This document shows, piece by piece, positions 20,174-30,481 of a DNA stretch of 64,000 nt. The DNA is taken from the NCBI GenBank assembly GCA_022560735.1, contig JADFSO010000007.1:18980-82979 (forward strand), read 5' to 3'. Positions within the stretch are counted from its first letter, which is position 1. Each line of letters begins with the position of its first letter. The stretch is from Pseudomonadota bacterium (GTDB taxonomy: Bacteria > Pseudomonadota > Gammaproteobacteria > Steroidobacterales > MnTg04). The notes beneath the pieces are model-generated. The model saw nothing but the letters and a program-made list of their open reading frames with translations. It searched no databases and was not told the DNA's origin. The position numbers and the translations under genes are program-made.

Positions 20174-20662
20174 TCAAGCCGCACCTTTTACCTGCTCTGT
20201 CGTTTCCTCATTGCCCGCCAGCAACAAGGGTTCACCCGTTTCCAGCAGCGATTTGAGGCTGCAGATGATGGCGCTCCAGCCCTGGCTTACCTGCTCGTAG
20301 GTCTTGCTGCCGGCCTCAAAGTCGTCGTGGACGATACGCAGACGGCACACACCGGGCATTGCTTCGATTTCGAAAGTCACGCGCGAATGGGATTCGGCCG
20401 CCATATCCTCGTCATACAACGCTCGCCAGGTGTATGACAGCAGCTTCGGTTTTTCTGCCGCGAGGATTTTTCCTTCAACGGCGGCACCACCGCCATTGGC
20501 GCGGTTGAAAACGACCGCTGAGCCCACCTCCCAGTCGGAGCTGATTTCGGTGTTGTGAAAATAAAGGCGGGTAAAGGCCGCGCTGGTCAGTCCCTCCCAG
20601 AGTTTCTCCGGTGTCGTGCGGATAAAAGTTTCATAAATATATTCGGGCTTGTTGCTCATCAT
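20174..20662 (-). CDS. SRPBCC/AHSA1 domain protein
   Basis: YETFIRTTPEKLWEGLT, LSYTW, SRVTFEIE, GWSAIICSLKSLLETG. Confidence 0.9.
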   Translation of the reverse strand: MMSNKPEYIYETFIRTTPEKLWEGLTSAAFTRLYFHNTEISSDWEVGSAVVFNRANGGGAAVEGKILAAEKPKLLSYTWRALYDEDMAAESHSRVTFEIEAMPGVCRLRIVHDDFEAGSKTYEQVSQGWSAIICSLKSLLETGEPLLLAGNEETTEQVKGAA

Positions 20663-20967
20663 TATTTCTCCAGGTTTTTCTTTAGTGCCGATACCACCGT
20701 CATTTGTCTGCGGGCGTATTTTTTCAGCCAGCGCTCGCTGATCTCATGTACCGGCATTGGATTCAGATAATGGTGTTTCTCCCGCCCGGACCAATGGATG
20801 ACGATGAGGCCCGCGTCTTCGAGTATTTGCAGGTGTTTGGAAACCGCCTGCCGGCTGAAGCTCGCGTATTCGCAAAGCTCATTCAAGGTCTGGCCTTCAC
20901 GCGCGAATAGCCGATCCATGATTTCGCGACGACTCCTGTTCGCCAGGGCTTTGAATATCTGATCCAT
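20662..20967 (-). CDS. ArsR/SmtB family transcriptional regulator
   Basis: FKALAN.SRR, SRQAVSKHLQILEDAGLI, GREKHHYLNP; start ATG 20967. Confidence 0.92.
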   Translation of the reverse strand: MDQIFKALANRSRREIMDRLFAREGQTLNELCEYASFSRQAVSKHLQILEDAGLIVIHWSGREKHHYLNPMPVHEISERWLKKYARRQMTVVSALKKNLEK

Positions 20968-20975
20968 CGGGGTCC

Positions 20976-21005
20976 ATAATAGGCAACTAAAATGTTGCAT
21001 GTCAA
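20976..21005 (-). promoter_or_regulatory. sigma70 promoter with internal palindrome (probable ArsR operator)
   Basis: Minus strand TTGACA-18 bp-TATTAT with GCAAC-N6-GTTGC in the spacer; ATG 8 nt after the -10. Confidence 0.7.
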
Positions 21006-21128
21006 GACCTGATCATCGGCCTGGGGGCAGCCTGTGTACCTGTATGGCCCGTGATACACTTTGGTTCTTTCAAGGCCCCGCGCAGAGTAGGCCCGGCATG
21101 CTATCGAAGCCAGGTGTACCGTAAACAA

Positions 21129-23042
21129 ATGCCTACAACGAAGAACCGGAGTTCCGGGCTAAACACTGAAATCACGAGGCGCGATTTTCTTGGTGGCGTG
21201 TTGATCGGCGCGGGCGCAGCCTTGCTGTCGGCACCGGCACCCCTGTTTGCGGCCAAGAACCGGTCACAAGGTGTTTTCAGCGATCCCTGGACCGGTTATG
21301 GCGGTGTCGGCGACTATGCCCACTCCAATGGCAACACGGCTTCGGTTCGACAGGCCGCGCACCTGATTCGTGACGGCCATGGGCCGGCATTGGCGGGGAC
21401 AGCTGAGGATACCGGTGAGATATTCGACATGGTCGTGATCGGCGGTGGCTTCGCCGGTCACGCCGCGGCCTTTCAGTTTCACAAGAAATACGGTGCCGAT
21501 GGGCGTTGCCTGATCCTGGACAACCACCCGATTTTCGGTGGCGAAGCCAAGCAAAATGAGTTCGATGTCGATGGTTATCGACTTTATGGACCGCAAGGCT
21601 CAAACGGCTTTATTTTGCCGACTGGTCATGACGGCTTGTCCGATGAAATATGGCAGGCCACCGGTATGCCGACCGAGTTTGAGTTCGCACAACCGGCGAT
21701 CGGCAGTTCGGATGTGGAGGCTGCGCTGGACAGCTTTGAAACCATGTACTGGGGCGAACGCAGGTTCGATACCGGTTACTTTTTCAAAGACTCGGGTTGG
21801 GTCAGAAACCCGTGGCGTAACAAACTGAAAAATACGCCATGGCCGGAGAATTTCAGAAAGGACATGATTCGCGCGTATGAGCAGCGCCAGAAATATTACG
21901 CTGGCGACGATTTCGATCGCTGGCTCGACAGCATGTCCTACAAGGACTTGCTGGAAAAAGAGATGGGTCTTGACCCAGGCGTTGCCAAATTTGTCGACCC
22001 GATCCTGGCGATCAGCAGCTATGGTCTTTCCAGCGATGTGATATCCGCCTATGCCGCCTATCTGCTGGCCATGCCGGGTACTACCGCCTACGGATCGTTC
22101 GATGTGCTCGATCAATCCCAGGCAGTCAGCCTCAGTTTCCCCGGGGGTAACGCGGGTTATCTGCGGCACATCGTCAGGCACCTGATTCCCGATGCCATCG
22201 AAGGCGGCCGGTCATCCGAGGAGACTTTGAACAATGCCGTGAATTTTTCGGCTCTCGACCGGCCCGGAAACCCGGTCAGCGAGCGCCTTGAAGCAACGGT
22301 GATCGAGGTCTGTCATGAAGGGCCCGCCGATAGCGCCGATTACGTCCGCGTGAGTTATTACCGGGATGGTGAAGTGCGGAGCGTGCGCGCGAAGGCTGCC
22401 GTGCTGTCTATCGGTGGCTGGGTCGCGCGTCACATCGTCAGCGATATGGCGGAGGAAATTGCCTCGGCTTACGAAGATTTTCATCACGGCCCCGTGCTCG
22501 TGGTCAACGTGGCCTTGAGAAACTGGAAATTCCTCGATCGCCTTGGCATTTCCTCGGCGCGGTGGTTCGAAGGTTTTGGCACATTCTGCTCGATACGCCG
22601 GCCGATGATCACCGGCAACAGCCAGCAACCTTTCGACCCTGACAAACCCACTGTCATGACATTTTATGTGCCGTTTAATTACCCCGGCCACGGTATCAAG
22701 GAGCAGGGTGCATTGGCGCGCAATGAGTTGTTGTCGAAGTCTTACCGCCAGTACGAAACGGAAATCCGCCAGCAAATGACCCGAATGTTTGGCGCGGCCG
22801 GCTTCGATGACCAGCGCGATATTGCCGGCATCATCCTCAATCGCTGGGGGCACGCCTATATTGCGCCGCAACCGGGTTTCTATTTCGGCAAGGACGGGCA
22901 GCCTGCGCCGAAGGATGTCGTGAAAAAAGGTTTTGGCAGAATCCATTTCGGTCATTCGGAACTGGGTGCGCGGATGAATTACCGCAACGCCATTTCAGAA
23001 GGCGGCAGGGCGGCGGATCAGGCGATGTCAGTATTAGGCTAA
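21129..23042 (+). CDS. Tat-exported FAD-dependent oxidoreductase (spermidine dehydrogenase SpdH-like)
   Basis: ITRRDFL Tat motif, VIGGGFAG Rossmann motif, LDNHPIFGGEAKQNEF, FPGGNAG, NRWGHAY. Confidence 0.82.
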   Translation: MPTTKNRSSGLNTEITRRDFLGGVLIGAGAALLSAPAPLFAAKNRSQGVFSDPWTGYGGVGDYAHSNGNTASVRQAAHLIRDGHGPALAGTAEDTGEIFDMVVIGGGFAGHAAAFQFHKKYGADGRCLILDNHPIFGGEAKQNEFDVDGYRLYGPQGSNGFILPTGHDGLSDEIWQATGMPTEFEFAQPAIGSSDVEAALDSFETMYWGERRFDTGYFFKDSGWVRNPWRNKLKNTPWPENFRKDMIRAYEQRQKYYAGDDFDRWLDSMSYKDLLEKEMGLDPGVAKFVDPILAISSYGLSSDVISAYAAYLLAMPGTTAYGSFDVLDQSQAVSLSFPGGNAGYLRHIVRHLIPDAIEGGRSSEETLNNAVNFSALDRPGNPVSERLEATVIEVCHEGPADSADYVRVSYYRDGEVRSVRAKAAVLSIGGWVARHIVSDMAEEIASAYEDFHHGPVLVVNVALRNWKFLDRLGISSARWFEGFGTFCSIRRPMITGNSQQPFDPDKPTVMTFYVPFNYPGHGIKEQGALARNELLSKSYRQYETEIRQQMTRMFGAAGFDDQRDIAGIILNRWGHAYIAPQPGFYFGKDGQPAPKDVVKKGFGRIHFGHSELGARMNYRNAISEGGRAADQAMSVLG

Positions 23043-23055
23043 GGAGATAACGCGT

Positions 23056-23589
23056 TTATTTTTCGACAGGCTTTTCGTTTTCGTACCAGACTTTGTCCTC
23101 GGAATACAGCTCATCTTCGCTGAGGCCAAGTTTCTTGAGGGTGCCGGCTTTCTCTGCGTGCTCCCGGACCAGTCGCTGGCAGACGTAGTCGAAGTAGGTG
23201 TCAGAGCCATCGAATTCATCGATGACTTCAGCGGTGGACCGGCGGTCGCGTTCATGTCTTTTTTCTTCGCCGCTCATCGAGGGGATCTTCGCCGCTCCCA
23301 TTTCTGTACCTCGCCGAGGGCGATCGCGCCGGTCGGCGTGGTGTTCGTAGCGGCAGTTACAGATATCGACATCGCAGTCTTCGAGGGGCAGCGCCGGCGC
23401 CTCCTTCGACAGGAAACGAATACCTTTGAGGGCTCTCGCGGTGACGCAGGAACTGCGCAACGATTTAATGGTCACGGAGTGGTATGGGCCGGGTGGCGTT
23501 CCCTGTGTCTTGTCTTCCGGGCGAGACTGATCCGCCGTCTTGCCACTCAAAACGGACTGGATAATTCTGAAAACTCCGGTGCTGCTCAT
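23056..23589 (-). CDS. hypothetical protein with Cys/His motif
   Basis: C..AR.L.G.RFLSKEAP.LPLEDCD..ICNCRYEHHADRR. Confidence 0.6.
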   Translation of the reverse strand: MSSTGVFRIIQSVLSGKTADQSRPEDKTQGTPPGPYHSVTIKSLRSSCVTARALKGIRFLSKEAPALPLEDCDVDICNCRYEHHADRRDRPRRGTEMGAAKIPSMSGEEKRHERDRRSTAEVIDEFDGSDTYFDYVCQRLVREHAEKAGTLKKLGLSEDELYSEDKVWYENEKPVEK

Positions 23590-23745
23590 ACCACAACTCG
23601 ATAGTGGATACCGGGGCTATCCTACAAGGCCTTTGTCGACGGTCTTGGATGTATTTCACACTTCCTGAACATTATGTAACAAAACCTGCCGAGGTATAAA
23701 GGCGGTCGCGATAAATACCCGATTTGATTGGGTGTTCCGGGCAGC

Positions 23746-23770
23746 AAAAAGCCCGCAAAAGCGGGCTTTC
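23746..23770 (-). terminator. intrinsic terminator (possibly bidirectional)
   Basis: AAAAAGCCCGC-AAAA-GCGGGCTTTC downstream of the OMP gene. Confidence 0.8.
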
Positions 23771-23799
23771 TGGTCTATTTCGTCCTTGCTGATAGTCAA

Positions 23800-24456
23800 T
23801 CAGAAATTGAAACTCAGGCCAATAGATACGACCGGGTAGGCTTTGTAGTTGTCCAGCGCGCTTTGCAACTGCGCCGTTTCCGCGGCGAGTTCGGCCTGAA
23901 AATTCGGATCCAGTGCGATCGGGCCGCTGGCGGTCATGCCGACTATGGGTGTGCCCTGCCAAAGTACGCCGAGGTCGATATTCAAACCCACTGTGTCGGC
24001 AAGCCTGAAATCGGCGCCGACGCCCAGGTAAGGGGCAGTTTTATCGAAGGTAACCGCCGCGTTGAGCGTGCCAACCTCGGCACCCGTATAGGTCATGCCA
24101 CCGATATCAAAGGTCGCGGTTTGCTGGCTGACCAGTTTGACCTCATTTTTGTTGGAAAATATGCCGGCAGTCAGCCGGAAAGGACTCATCGGTGCGCGCA
24201 GATTTGCTGTCGCGTAAAATGTATTCAGATCCAGTTCGGAATCGTAATCGATACCGGCTTCAGCGGCGGTGGTGTCATAAGTATATTTGTTCAGCCCGGC
24301 GCGGAAATCCAGTATTGGGGTCGGCCGCCAGGTCGCTTCAAAGCCGATACCCAAGGTGCCGCCTTTCGCGCCAAACCATAAATTGTCGTCTGCAATGGCA
24401 GCTTGGGTGCCCAGCATGCCCAGCCCAGTCAGGGCAAGCAATATCCGTATTTTCAC
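23800..24456 (-). CDS. outer membrane beta-barrel protein
   Basis: Signal peptide after GGAGGA RBS (GTG 24456), GTLGIGFE, APYLGVG, C-terminal LSFNF. Confidence 0.82.
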   Translation of the reverse strand: MKIRILLALTGLGMLGTQAAIADDNLWFGAKGGTLGIGFEATWRPTPILDFRAGLNKYTYDTTAAEAGIDYDSELDLNTFYATANLRAPMSPFRLTAGIFSNKNEVKLVSQQTATFDIGGMTYTGAEVGTLNAAVTFDKTAPYLGVGADFRLADTVGLNIDLGVLWQGTPIVGMTASGPIALDPNFQAELAAETAQLQSALDNYKAYPVVSIGLSFNF

Positions 24457-24537
24457 ACTCGTTCCTCCGGCGCCGCCATCAGGCTGTGCGCAATCGTCCA
24501 TGACGCACGTAGCCTAGTCCGCGGTATTGCGACAATA

Positions 24538-24553
24538 TGTGAATCAGGTCACG
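24538..24553. promoter_or_regulatory. candidate CRP-type site
   Basis: TGTGA-ATCAGG-TCACG versus TGTGA-N6-TCACA, upstream of the OMP gene. Confidence 0.45.
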
Positions 24554-24754
24554 AAACTGCGTTCAGGGCATGAAACGCCTGGATTTTGGGATTTCAGGCA
24601 CGAAAGCCGCGGCAGCGGCGTGAATTTTTGATCTGTTTTCATCGGTTAGCAAACATAGCGTATGTGCCGAGCAATGGCCTGAATGCGCTGGCAGAACCTT
24701 GTTTCACCGATTCCTGCAGTGCAACTTGAACCCGCCCGAAACAGAGTCTAGGGT

Positions 24755-25264
24755 ATGACCACCCAAGTGAACTGGTGGACCGTATCTGACTTGATTCTGT
24801 TTCTCAAAAACCTTGCGTTTACGATAGTCGCGCCGGGCACGGCCGCTTTCTTGATTCCCTGGTTGATCGTTGGTGGTCGGCGCACCGAACTGGGCTTCAT
24901 GACCATGGTCTCGATCTTGCTTTTTGTCGTGGGCTCAGCGATCTATTTGTGGTGTGTCTGGGATTTCGCGACCTTTGGCCGGGGTACGCCCGCACCCATC
25001 GACCCGCCGAAAAAACTGGTCGTTCGTGGCCTGTATCAGTATTCAAGGAACCCCATGGTTGTTGGTGTGCTTATCCTGATCCTGGCGTGGGCCGTTTCTT
25101 TCAAGGCCATCATTCTTGTAGTCTATGCGCTGATCGTTGGTCTCGCATTTCATGCGGTTATCGTTATTTACGAGGAACCTCACCTGCGAAAATTGTTTGG
25201 CGACTCGTATCTCGATTACTGTGCCCGCGTGCCGCGCTGGTTGCCGCGCTTCCGGGCGAAATGA
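24755..25264 (+). CDS. isoprenylcysteine carboxyl methyltransferase family membrane protein
   Basis: GRGTPAPIDPPKKLVVRGLYQYSRNPM, EEPHL...FG..Y..Y...VPRW. Confidence 0.88.
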   Translation: MTTQVNWWTVSDLILFLKNLAFTIVAPGTAAFLIPWLIVGGRRTELGFMTMVSILLFVVGSAIYLWCVWDFATFGRGTPAPIDPPKKLVVRGLYQYSRNPMVVGVLILILAWAVSFKAIILVVYALIVGLAFHAVIVIYEEPHLRKLFGDSYLDYCARVPRWLPRFRAK

Positions 25265-25313
25265 GCCGCTTTTCGCCTGGAATCCTGCACGCTCAGAGCG
25301 ATCATTGACAGTA

Positions 25314-27770
25314 TCAAGAGCCTGCCGGTGGTAGTCGAAAAAAGGCGCCGGTGTTAACGACCACGGCTGCCGCCACATACAGCGCAAGGGCCAGCAGAAT
25401 CACTGCCGTAAAGCCAAACTCAATCGCCAGGAGCGTCCCCAGCGATGCGCTCACGACCGAAGCATACCCATTAATGCCCCAGGCCCACGGGATAAAATCC
25501 GGTGCTTTGCTGGCGACCTGGCCAAGACCAAGCGGAAAAGGCATACCCATGCAAAATGCCAGTGGCGCGATCATCAGCAGCGCAATCGGTATCTTGATCG
25601 CGTCGCGCTGCCCGATAAGGCGGTCGAACAATTCAGGCAACAGAAACAAATAAACCAGGGCAACGGAGACGATTCCTGTCACGGCATAGGCGACCAGGTA
25701 CAGTCGACGGCCTCGGTAGCGCCGCACCAGCGTCTGCGAATAGCCGCTGCCCAGCCCGGCGAAAACCAGGAAGCCGCTCAGCACGACGGCGACCGAGTAA
25801 AGGGGATGACCCAGGAACAGGATGAATTTTTGAATGAAAGCCATTTCCACGAACAAGAAAGCCAGGCCGAGGAGAAAGAAATACCCACCCATCCGGGTGC
25901 CGGCGCCTCGAGGCCAGCGGCGCTTTACGATCCAAAGCGGGAAAAGAATTAAAGCGGCGCCTGCCAGGATTGACTGGATCAAGGTGGCAACCAGCACCAG
26001 ATAACCCCATTCGATCAGTCCGGCGCCACCGCGCTTGCGCAGCGACAGCAATTCGGGCAGCGTGCGCCATTTGAAAAAATGGAAAAAATAGGGCTTGTCG
26101 TCGGTGGCCGGTTCGATCTGGAATTTATAACGTTCGAGAAAATCGGCAGCTCCCTGACCCGCCAGCGCGGTCGCACCGTTAAACAAGAAGGGCTGATCCA
26201 GCAGGTTATACCGGTTTGCTTCGCTGGCGTTCATCGATGGATAAAAAGCGGTATCAAAAGAGTTGCTTTTGCAAAATTCCTTGATGGTTGCGATTTCCCT
26301 GGCGGAAAAATCGCCGTTTTTGACCAGCATCGTGCTGGTATTCCAGCTCCGGATCAGGGCAATGCTCTGTGCGGGATCGGCTGCTCCAGCCCGCTTCAGC
26401 GCCTCGGTCACCGTGGCAAATAACTTCAGGCTGTCGCGAGGTGGCACCTTGAGCCATCGTGTGATCGCGAGCATGCCTTCGGGTGCGATATGTTGCATGT
26501 ATTCACCGATGGCCTCGACGGTGTAAAGATAACTTTCACTCAGTGCCTGGACGCCCGTTCCGGATGCAGCAAAAGAATCCAGCAGCGCTATGTGTATCAG
26601 ATCGTACCGGGCAGTACTTCTGGCGACAAAAGAGCGGGCCTCGTCGGTGTATACATCGATACGCTCATCGTCGTATAAGTGCCCGGCAAAATCGGCATAA
26701 GTGTCGCCAACCAGCTCCGTCACCTGTGGATTCAGTTCGACGGCGTCGATTGCACGGGCGCCGTGATAGATGGCAAACAGCACATCCGTACCGCCACCGG
26801 CGCCAAGGACCAGCACCTTTGGTCTGTCGAGCAAACGATATGGCAGTGCGGCGGTAACATCGTCCATGTACGCGAGCGCATCCAGGTTGCCATCGAAGCG
26901 CGTAATTACGCTCATCGCATCGCCGTCAGTAAACAAAGCGAGTTGAGCCGGAGGCTCAGATTGTGTGTTCAGGCTCAGGCCCGGTGCGTCCCGAAACGGG
27001 ATGGTCGGACTCTCGACGACGGCCAACAGACCCAGCGGGCTCGAATATTGTCCCAGTACGCGGGCATCGATGACCTGCAAGGCCTGGCTTTGTCCCTTGA
27101 ACTGGGATATCCGAAAATCCGGCCAATTCTTCGGCAAGACGAACACCAGGCCAATAAGAAAAATGCCCAGCGTAAGCATGAGGCGGTTGCGCACTGGCGA
27201 CCCGACGGCATGGCCCACCAATGCCGATGCAGCCAACGCGAATACCGCCAGTAACCGCAGCGCGTTTTGCGGCGACAGCAGAAAAAGGGCCGCGACAACC
27301 AGCAGCGCCCCGGTTCCCGCGCCCACGAGATCGAAAAAATAAATACGGCTGATGTGTTCCTTCAGACAAGTGAAAGCGAGGCCAATACAGCTGGCCGCAA
27401 AAAAAAATGGCACGAAGAACACCAGGTACATCAGCGACAGGTAGATCAGCTGACGCGGATCCCAGCCTATCTCCAGCGCATTGAAAGGCACGAGCTGTCC
27501 CAGCGCAAAACAAATAATCATGGCAACGCTGAAAAATACCGCGCTGACGCTAAAAGCCAGGGCAAAATGAGGAACGATCAAGCGTTTACTCAGCGCGATA
27601 AAAGAGCCGCTCGCGCCATAGCCAAGGAGTGCGAGGCTGATGATCATGTAGGCAAAATGATGCCACTGCACGATCGACAGTAATCGCATCAACAGAATTT
27701 CATAGCCGATTGCGGCCATGGAGATGAGCGATACAGAGAAAAATACAAAGCGGGGGGTTTGTGTTTTCAC
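25314..27770 (-). CDS. membrane protein with spermidine-synthase-like SAM-binding domain
   Basis: N- and C-terminal TM bundles, VLVLGAGGGTD, AVELNP, ATDDKPYF, WAWGING. Confidence 0.8.
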   Translation of the reverse strand: MKTQTPRFVFFSVSLISMAAIGYEILLMRLLSIVQWHHFAYMIISLALLGYGASGSFIALSKRLIVPHFALAFSVSAVFFSVAMIICFALGQLVPFNALEIGWDPRQLIYLSLMYLVFFVPFFFAASCIGLAFTCLKEHISRIYFFDLVGAGTGALLVVAALFLLSPQNALRLLAVFALAASALVGHAVGSPVRNRLMLTLGIFLIGLVFVLPKNWPDFRISQFKGQSQALQVIDARVLGQYSSPLGLLAVVESPTIPFRDAPGLSLNTQSEPPAQLALFTDGDAMSVITRFDGNLDALAYMDDVTAALPYRLLDRPKVLVLGAGGGTDVLFAIYHGARAIDAVELNPQVTELVGDTYADFAGHLYDDERIDVYTDEARSFVARSTARYDLIHIALLDSFAASGTGVQALSESYLYTVEAIGEYMQHIAPEGMLAITRWLKVPPRDSLKLFATVTEALKRAGAADPAQSIALIRSWNTSTMLVKNGDFSAREIATIKEFCKSNSFDTAFYPSMNASEANRYNLLDQPFLFNGATALAGQGAADFLERYKFQIEPATDDKPYFFHFFKWRTLPELLSLRKRGGAGLIEWGYLVLVATLIQSILAGAALILFPLWIVKRRWPRGAGTRMGGYFFLLGLAFLFVEMAFIQKFILFLGHPLYSVAVVLSGFLVFAGLGSGYSQTLVRRYRGRRLYLVAYAVTGIVSVALVYLFLLPELFDRLIGQRDAIKIPIALLMIAPLAFCMGMPFPLGLGQVASKAPDFIPWAWGINGYASVVSASLGTLLAIEFGFTAVILLALALYVAAAVVVNTGAFFRLPPAGS

Positions 27771-27809
27771 ATTGTCTTTCCGGCTGGTGTTTTCCCCGGA
27801 TAACTGCGC

Positions 27810-28547
27810 CTAATGCTCGCCTGTCAGTGGTACGAATATCACCGGGATGACTTGCCGCGTTTTGACTTCCCCGGTCTCGGTCTTTTCGATCAACAAAAGT
27901 TGCTGGGTCAGGAATCGGCCGCCGACCGGGATCACCATGCGTCCCCCACGGCGCAGTTGCCTGACCAGGTAGGGTGGCACATGACTCGCCGCGGCGGTCA
28001 CGACGATCGCGTCGAAGGGGCCATGCTCGGCCCAGCCGTAATAGCCATCGCTCAGGCGGGTCGTGACATTGTCAAAGCCAAGCAATTGCAGCCGCGCCGC
28101 AGCCTGTGTTGCCAGCGGCTTGATTATTTCAATGCTGTAGACGCTTTTTACGAGACCTGACAGGATTGCCGCCTGGTACCCTGAACCGGTACCGATCTCG
28201 AGAACTACATCGTCGCTGTCAGGCTCTATCAGGTCGGTCATCAAAGCCACGATATACGGTTGCGATATGGTCTGGCCAAAGCCGATCGGCAAGGGACGAT
28301 TCGCATACGCAAAACGCTTTTGCGCGTCGGGAACAAATTCATGACGTTGCACGCTGGCCATGGACTGCATTACCCGCTTGGCAAACGCCTGATCACCGTT
28401 AAGCCGCGCATACTCTTCGATCTCGGCGACCATGGCGGCCCGATCGACCGCATATTGCGCATCGTCTGCGAATATCACGAACGATACGCTCGCCAGCAGG
28501 ATGAAAACCGCGGCCCTACTGCGGTAGATTTTCTTGTATAAATTCAT
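27810..28547 (-). CDS. pcm: protein-L-isoaspartate(D-aspartate) O-methyltransferase
   Basis: PLPIGFGQTISQPYIVALM, VLEIGTGSGYQAA, PFDAIVVTAA, FVPL. Confidence 0.93.
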   Translation of the reverse strand: MNLYKKIYRSRAAVFILLASVSFVIFADDAQYAVDRAAMVAEIEEYARLNGDQAFAKRVMQSMASVQRHEFVPDAQKRFAYANRPLPIGFGQTISQPYIVALMTDLIEPDSDDVVLEIGTGSGYQAAILSGLVKSVYSIEIIKPLATQAAARLQLLGFDNVTTRLSDGYYGWAEHGPFDAIVVTAAASHVPPYLVRQLRRGGRMVIPVGGRFLTQQLLLIEKTETGEVKTRQVIPVIFVPLTGEH

Positions 28548-29343
28548 TGAGTCCTGACAAATAACGATCCCCGCTCAGCAGGAATCCATTGTTATGGTCG
28601 CCCCAGATTTCCAGCAGCGACTTCGGTTCCGCTGCCGAGTTGTAAATCGCTTCGGCCATGGTAAAGGGAATGATCTCATCGTCCCGGCTGTGGATCACCA
28701 GCAAAGGACAGTGCAGCCGGCTCACGTATAGTTTCACCGGGTAATCAAGCCGGGTGATCAAGCGCACCGGCATAAAAGGGTAGAGCTTGCGCGCCATGTC
28801 CAGCGCCGAACTGAAGCTGGATTCGATAATCAGGGCCGCTGGCCTGTACTGGTTTGCCAGCCAGGCGGCAACCGCGCCGCCGAGCGAACGGCCAAAAACG
28901 ATGATCCTGTCCGCTGCCACCTCACGGTTGCTGACCAGGTAGTGCCAGGCAGCCTCGGCATCCAGATAAGTTCCTTGCTCAGAAGGTTTTCCCTGGCTTT
29001 GGCCATAACCCCGATAGTCGATGATCAGGGTGTCCAGACCCAGCTCGCGGAAGATCGCGATGCTGTCGAGGCGGTGGGAGATATTGCCGGCATTGCCGTG
29101 CAGGAACAGGACGACCCCGCGGGCTTGGGCTGCCGGCACATACCAGCCGTGCAATTTCAATCCGTCGCTGGTTTCCAGCGTGACATCTTCATAGTCGAAT
29201 CCGGCGTCTCGCGGAGTAGCGGTCAGGGCCCGACCGGGAAGATTGGACAGGAACACCATCCTGTCCTGGAACAAAAACAACATCAACGCCAGCAGAACAT
29301 AGAAACTGGCTGCGGCGATTAACAGTGTGAGAAAACCACGCAT
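28516..29343 (-). CDS. alpha/beta hydrolase (ABHD/BEM46-like)
   Basis: N-terminal TM, HGNAGNIS, DYRGYG, GRSLGG, HSRDDEIIP, GDHN. Confidence 0.9.
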   Translation of the reverse strand: MRGFLTLLIAAASFYVLLALMLFLFQDRMVFLSNLPGRALTATPRDAGFDYEDVTLETSDGLKLHGWYVPAAQARGVVLFLHGNAGNISHRLDSIAIFRELGLDTLIIDYRGYGQSQGKPSEQGTYLDAEAAWHYLVSNREVAADRIIVFGRSLGGAVAAWLANQYRPAALIIESSFSSALDMARKLYPFMPVRLITRLDYPVKLYVSRLHCPLLVIHSRDDEIIPFTMAEAIYNSAAEPKSLLEIWGDHNNGFLLSGDRYLSGLNEFIQENLPQ

Positions 29344-29522
29344 GCTTGCAAAGGGCTCTGATCCAATTGGGTTCCCGTACGAAGCTGATCCTAGCCTAGG
29401 TACAGAATCACTCCTTTGCAACCAATGCCTGGCTATAATCGCCTGGTTTTACCGGGATGTCGACCCGCACTATTGTGCTATTTCGTGCGATGGAACAAAT
29501 GGCCCGGTTCTGGCTGCCTTGT

Positions 29523-30020
29523 TCAAACATGCCCGCGGCTGTTGAAAAGACCCAGAAACAGGTTGGCGATCAGGAAAAAGCTGCCGATCAATATTCCGCC
29601 GACACCGATATAAACGAAAAACTCCGTCAGAATATGATCATGCGCCGCGCCACGGCCCATCGACGGCGCCAGCAAGAACATGCTTAGCCAGGACAACGGG
29701 TAGAAGCTGCCGAGGCCGATCGATAGTGCAGATATTGTTTGAAATTTTGGCGCCAGGTCCGAGAACAATACAAGAATAATCAACCCCAGGCAGAATGCGG
29801 CAATTCCCCCGGCATGAAAGTGCGCCCGTTGTGCGTAACGCCAGATCTTGTCCTGACTCGCTTCGTTGTGCAGCTCGGGATGAGCCGCTATGCCATCGGT
29901 AACGTAATCTTTGAAGGCGTCTTCATTGATGCCAAATGAGATCCCAAGACCGATATTGAAAAAAAGCCCGAGCAGAACAATGGCGAGCCCCGCTTTAACG
30001 ATGGATAGATCGACTGACAT
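29523..30020 (-). CDS. hypothetical 4-TM membrane protein
   Basis: Hydrophobic helices, RAHFHAGG motif; AAGGA RBS. Confidence 0.65.
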   Translation of the reverse strand: MSVDLSIVKAGLAIVLLGLFFNIGLGISFGINEDAFKDYVTDGIAAHPELHNEASQDKIWRYAQRAHFHAGGIAAFCLGLIILVLFSDLAPKFQTISALSIGLGSFYPLSWLSMFLLAPSMGRGAAHDHILTEFFVYIGVGGILIGSFFLIANLFLGLFNSRGHV

Positions 30021-30319
30021 TGTTGAGTTTCCTTTAACGCGCGGGGCGCTCGTAAACAGCCTTATGCCATCATAACGCGATTATTAGAATCCAATAAATA
30101 CGTGGAACTACCCGGAAATCGAGTCATAAGTTGCCATTGAACCCCACGCCCGCATCCGGCCCAACGCCGGCCAATGCAAATCATATGCAAGCGGCATCCA
30201 GCCAGTCGATCATGGCAGTGGCGAATAATGGGCATCTGCGGCAGGATGACCGCTGCGGTTTCCAATCCGAGATTTGGAATGTGGGTAACAAAAACAATCA
30301 ATGGGAGAAGTCCAAATGA

Positions 30320-30481
30320 ACCTATGTGCTGGCGGAAACCAGCGGGGCCCTGGGCACTGTCTGCATTTATCAGGCCAGCAGTGAGGAAGCGATTCGCGAG
30401 CATGCTGAGGCTGCCGGCCTGCCCGTGACCGAGATCATTCCTATTGCCGACACGGTGATAGTCCGACCCGATCCTGAGTAA
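30320..30481 (+). pseudogene. C-terminal fragment of a DUF4242-like protein
   Basis: TYVLAETSGALGTVCIYQASSEEAIREHAEAAGLPVTEIIPIADTVIVRPDPE, preceded in frame by TGA and unrelated sequence. Confidence 0.65.

Noticed and set aside
30131-30481. Selenocysteine or readthrough at TGA 30317-30319 joining the upstream ORF to the DUF4242-like fragment
   Set aside because: The upstream ORF does not resemble the expected N-terminus and no SECIS was recognised.
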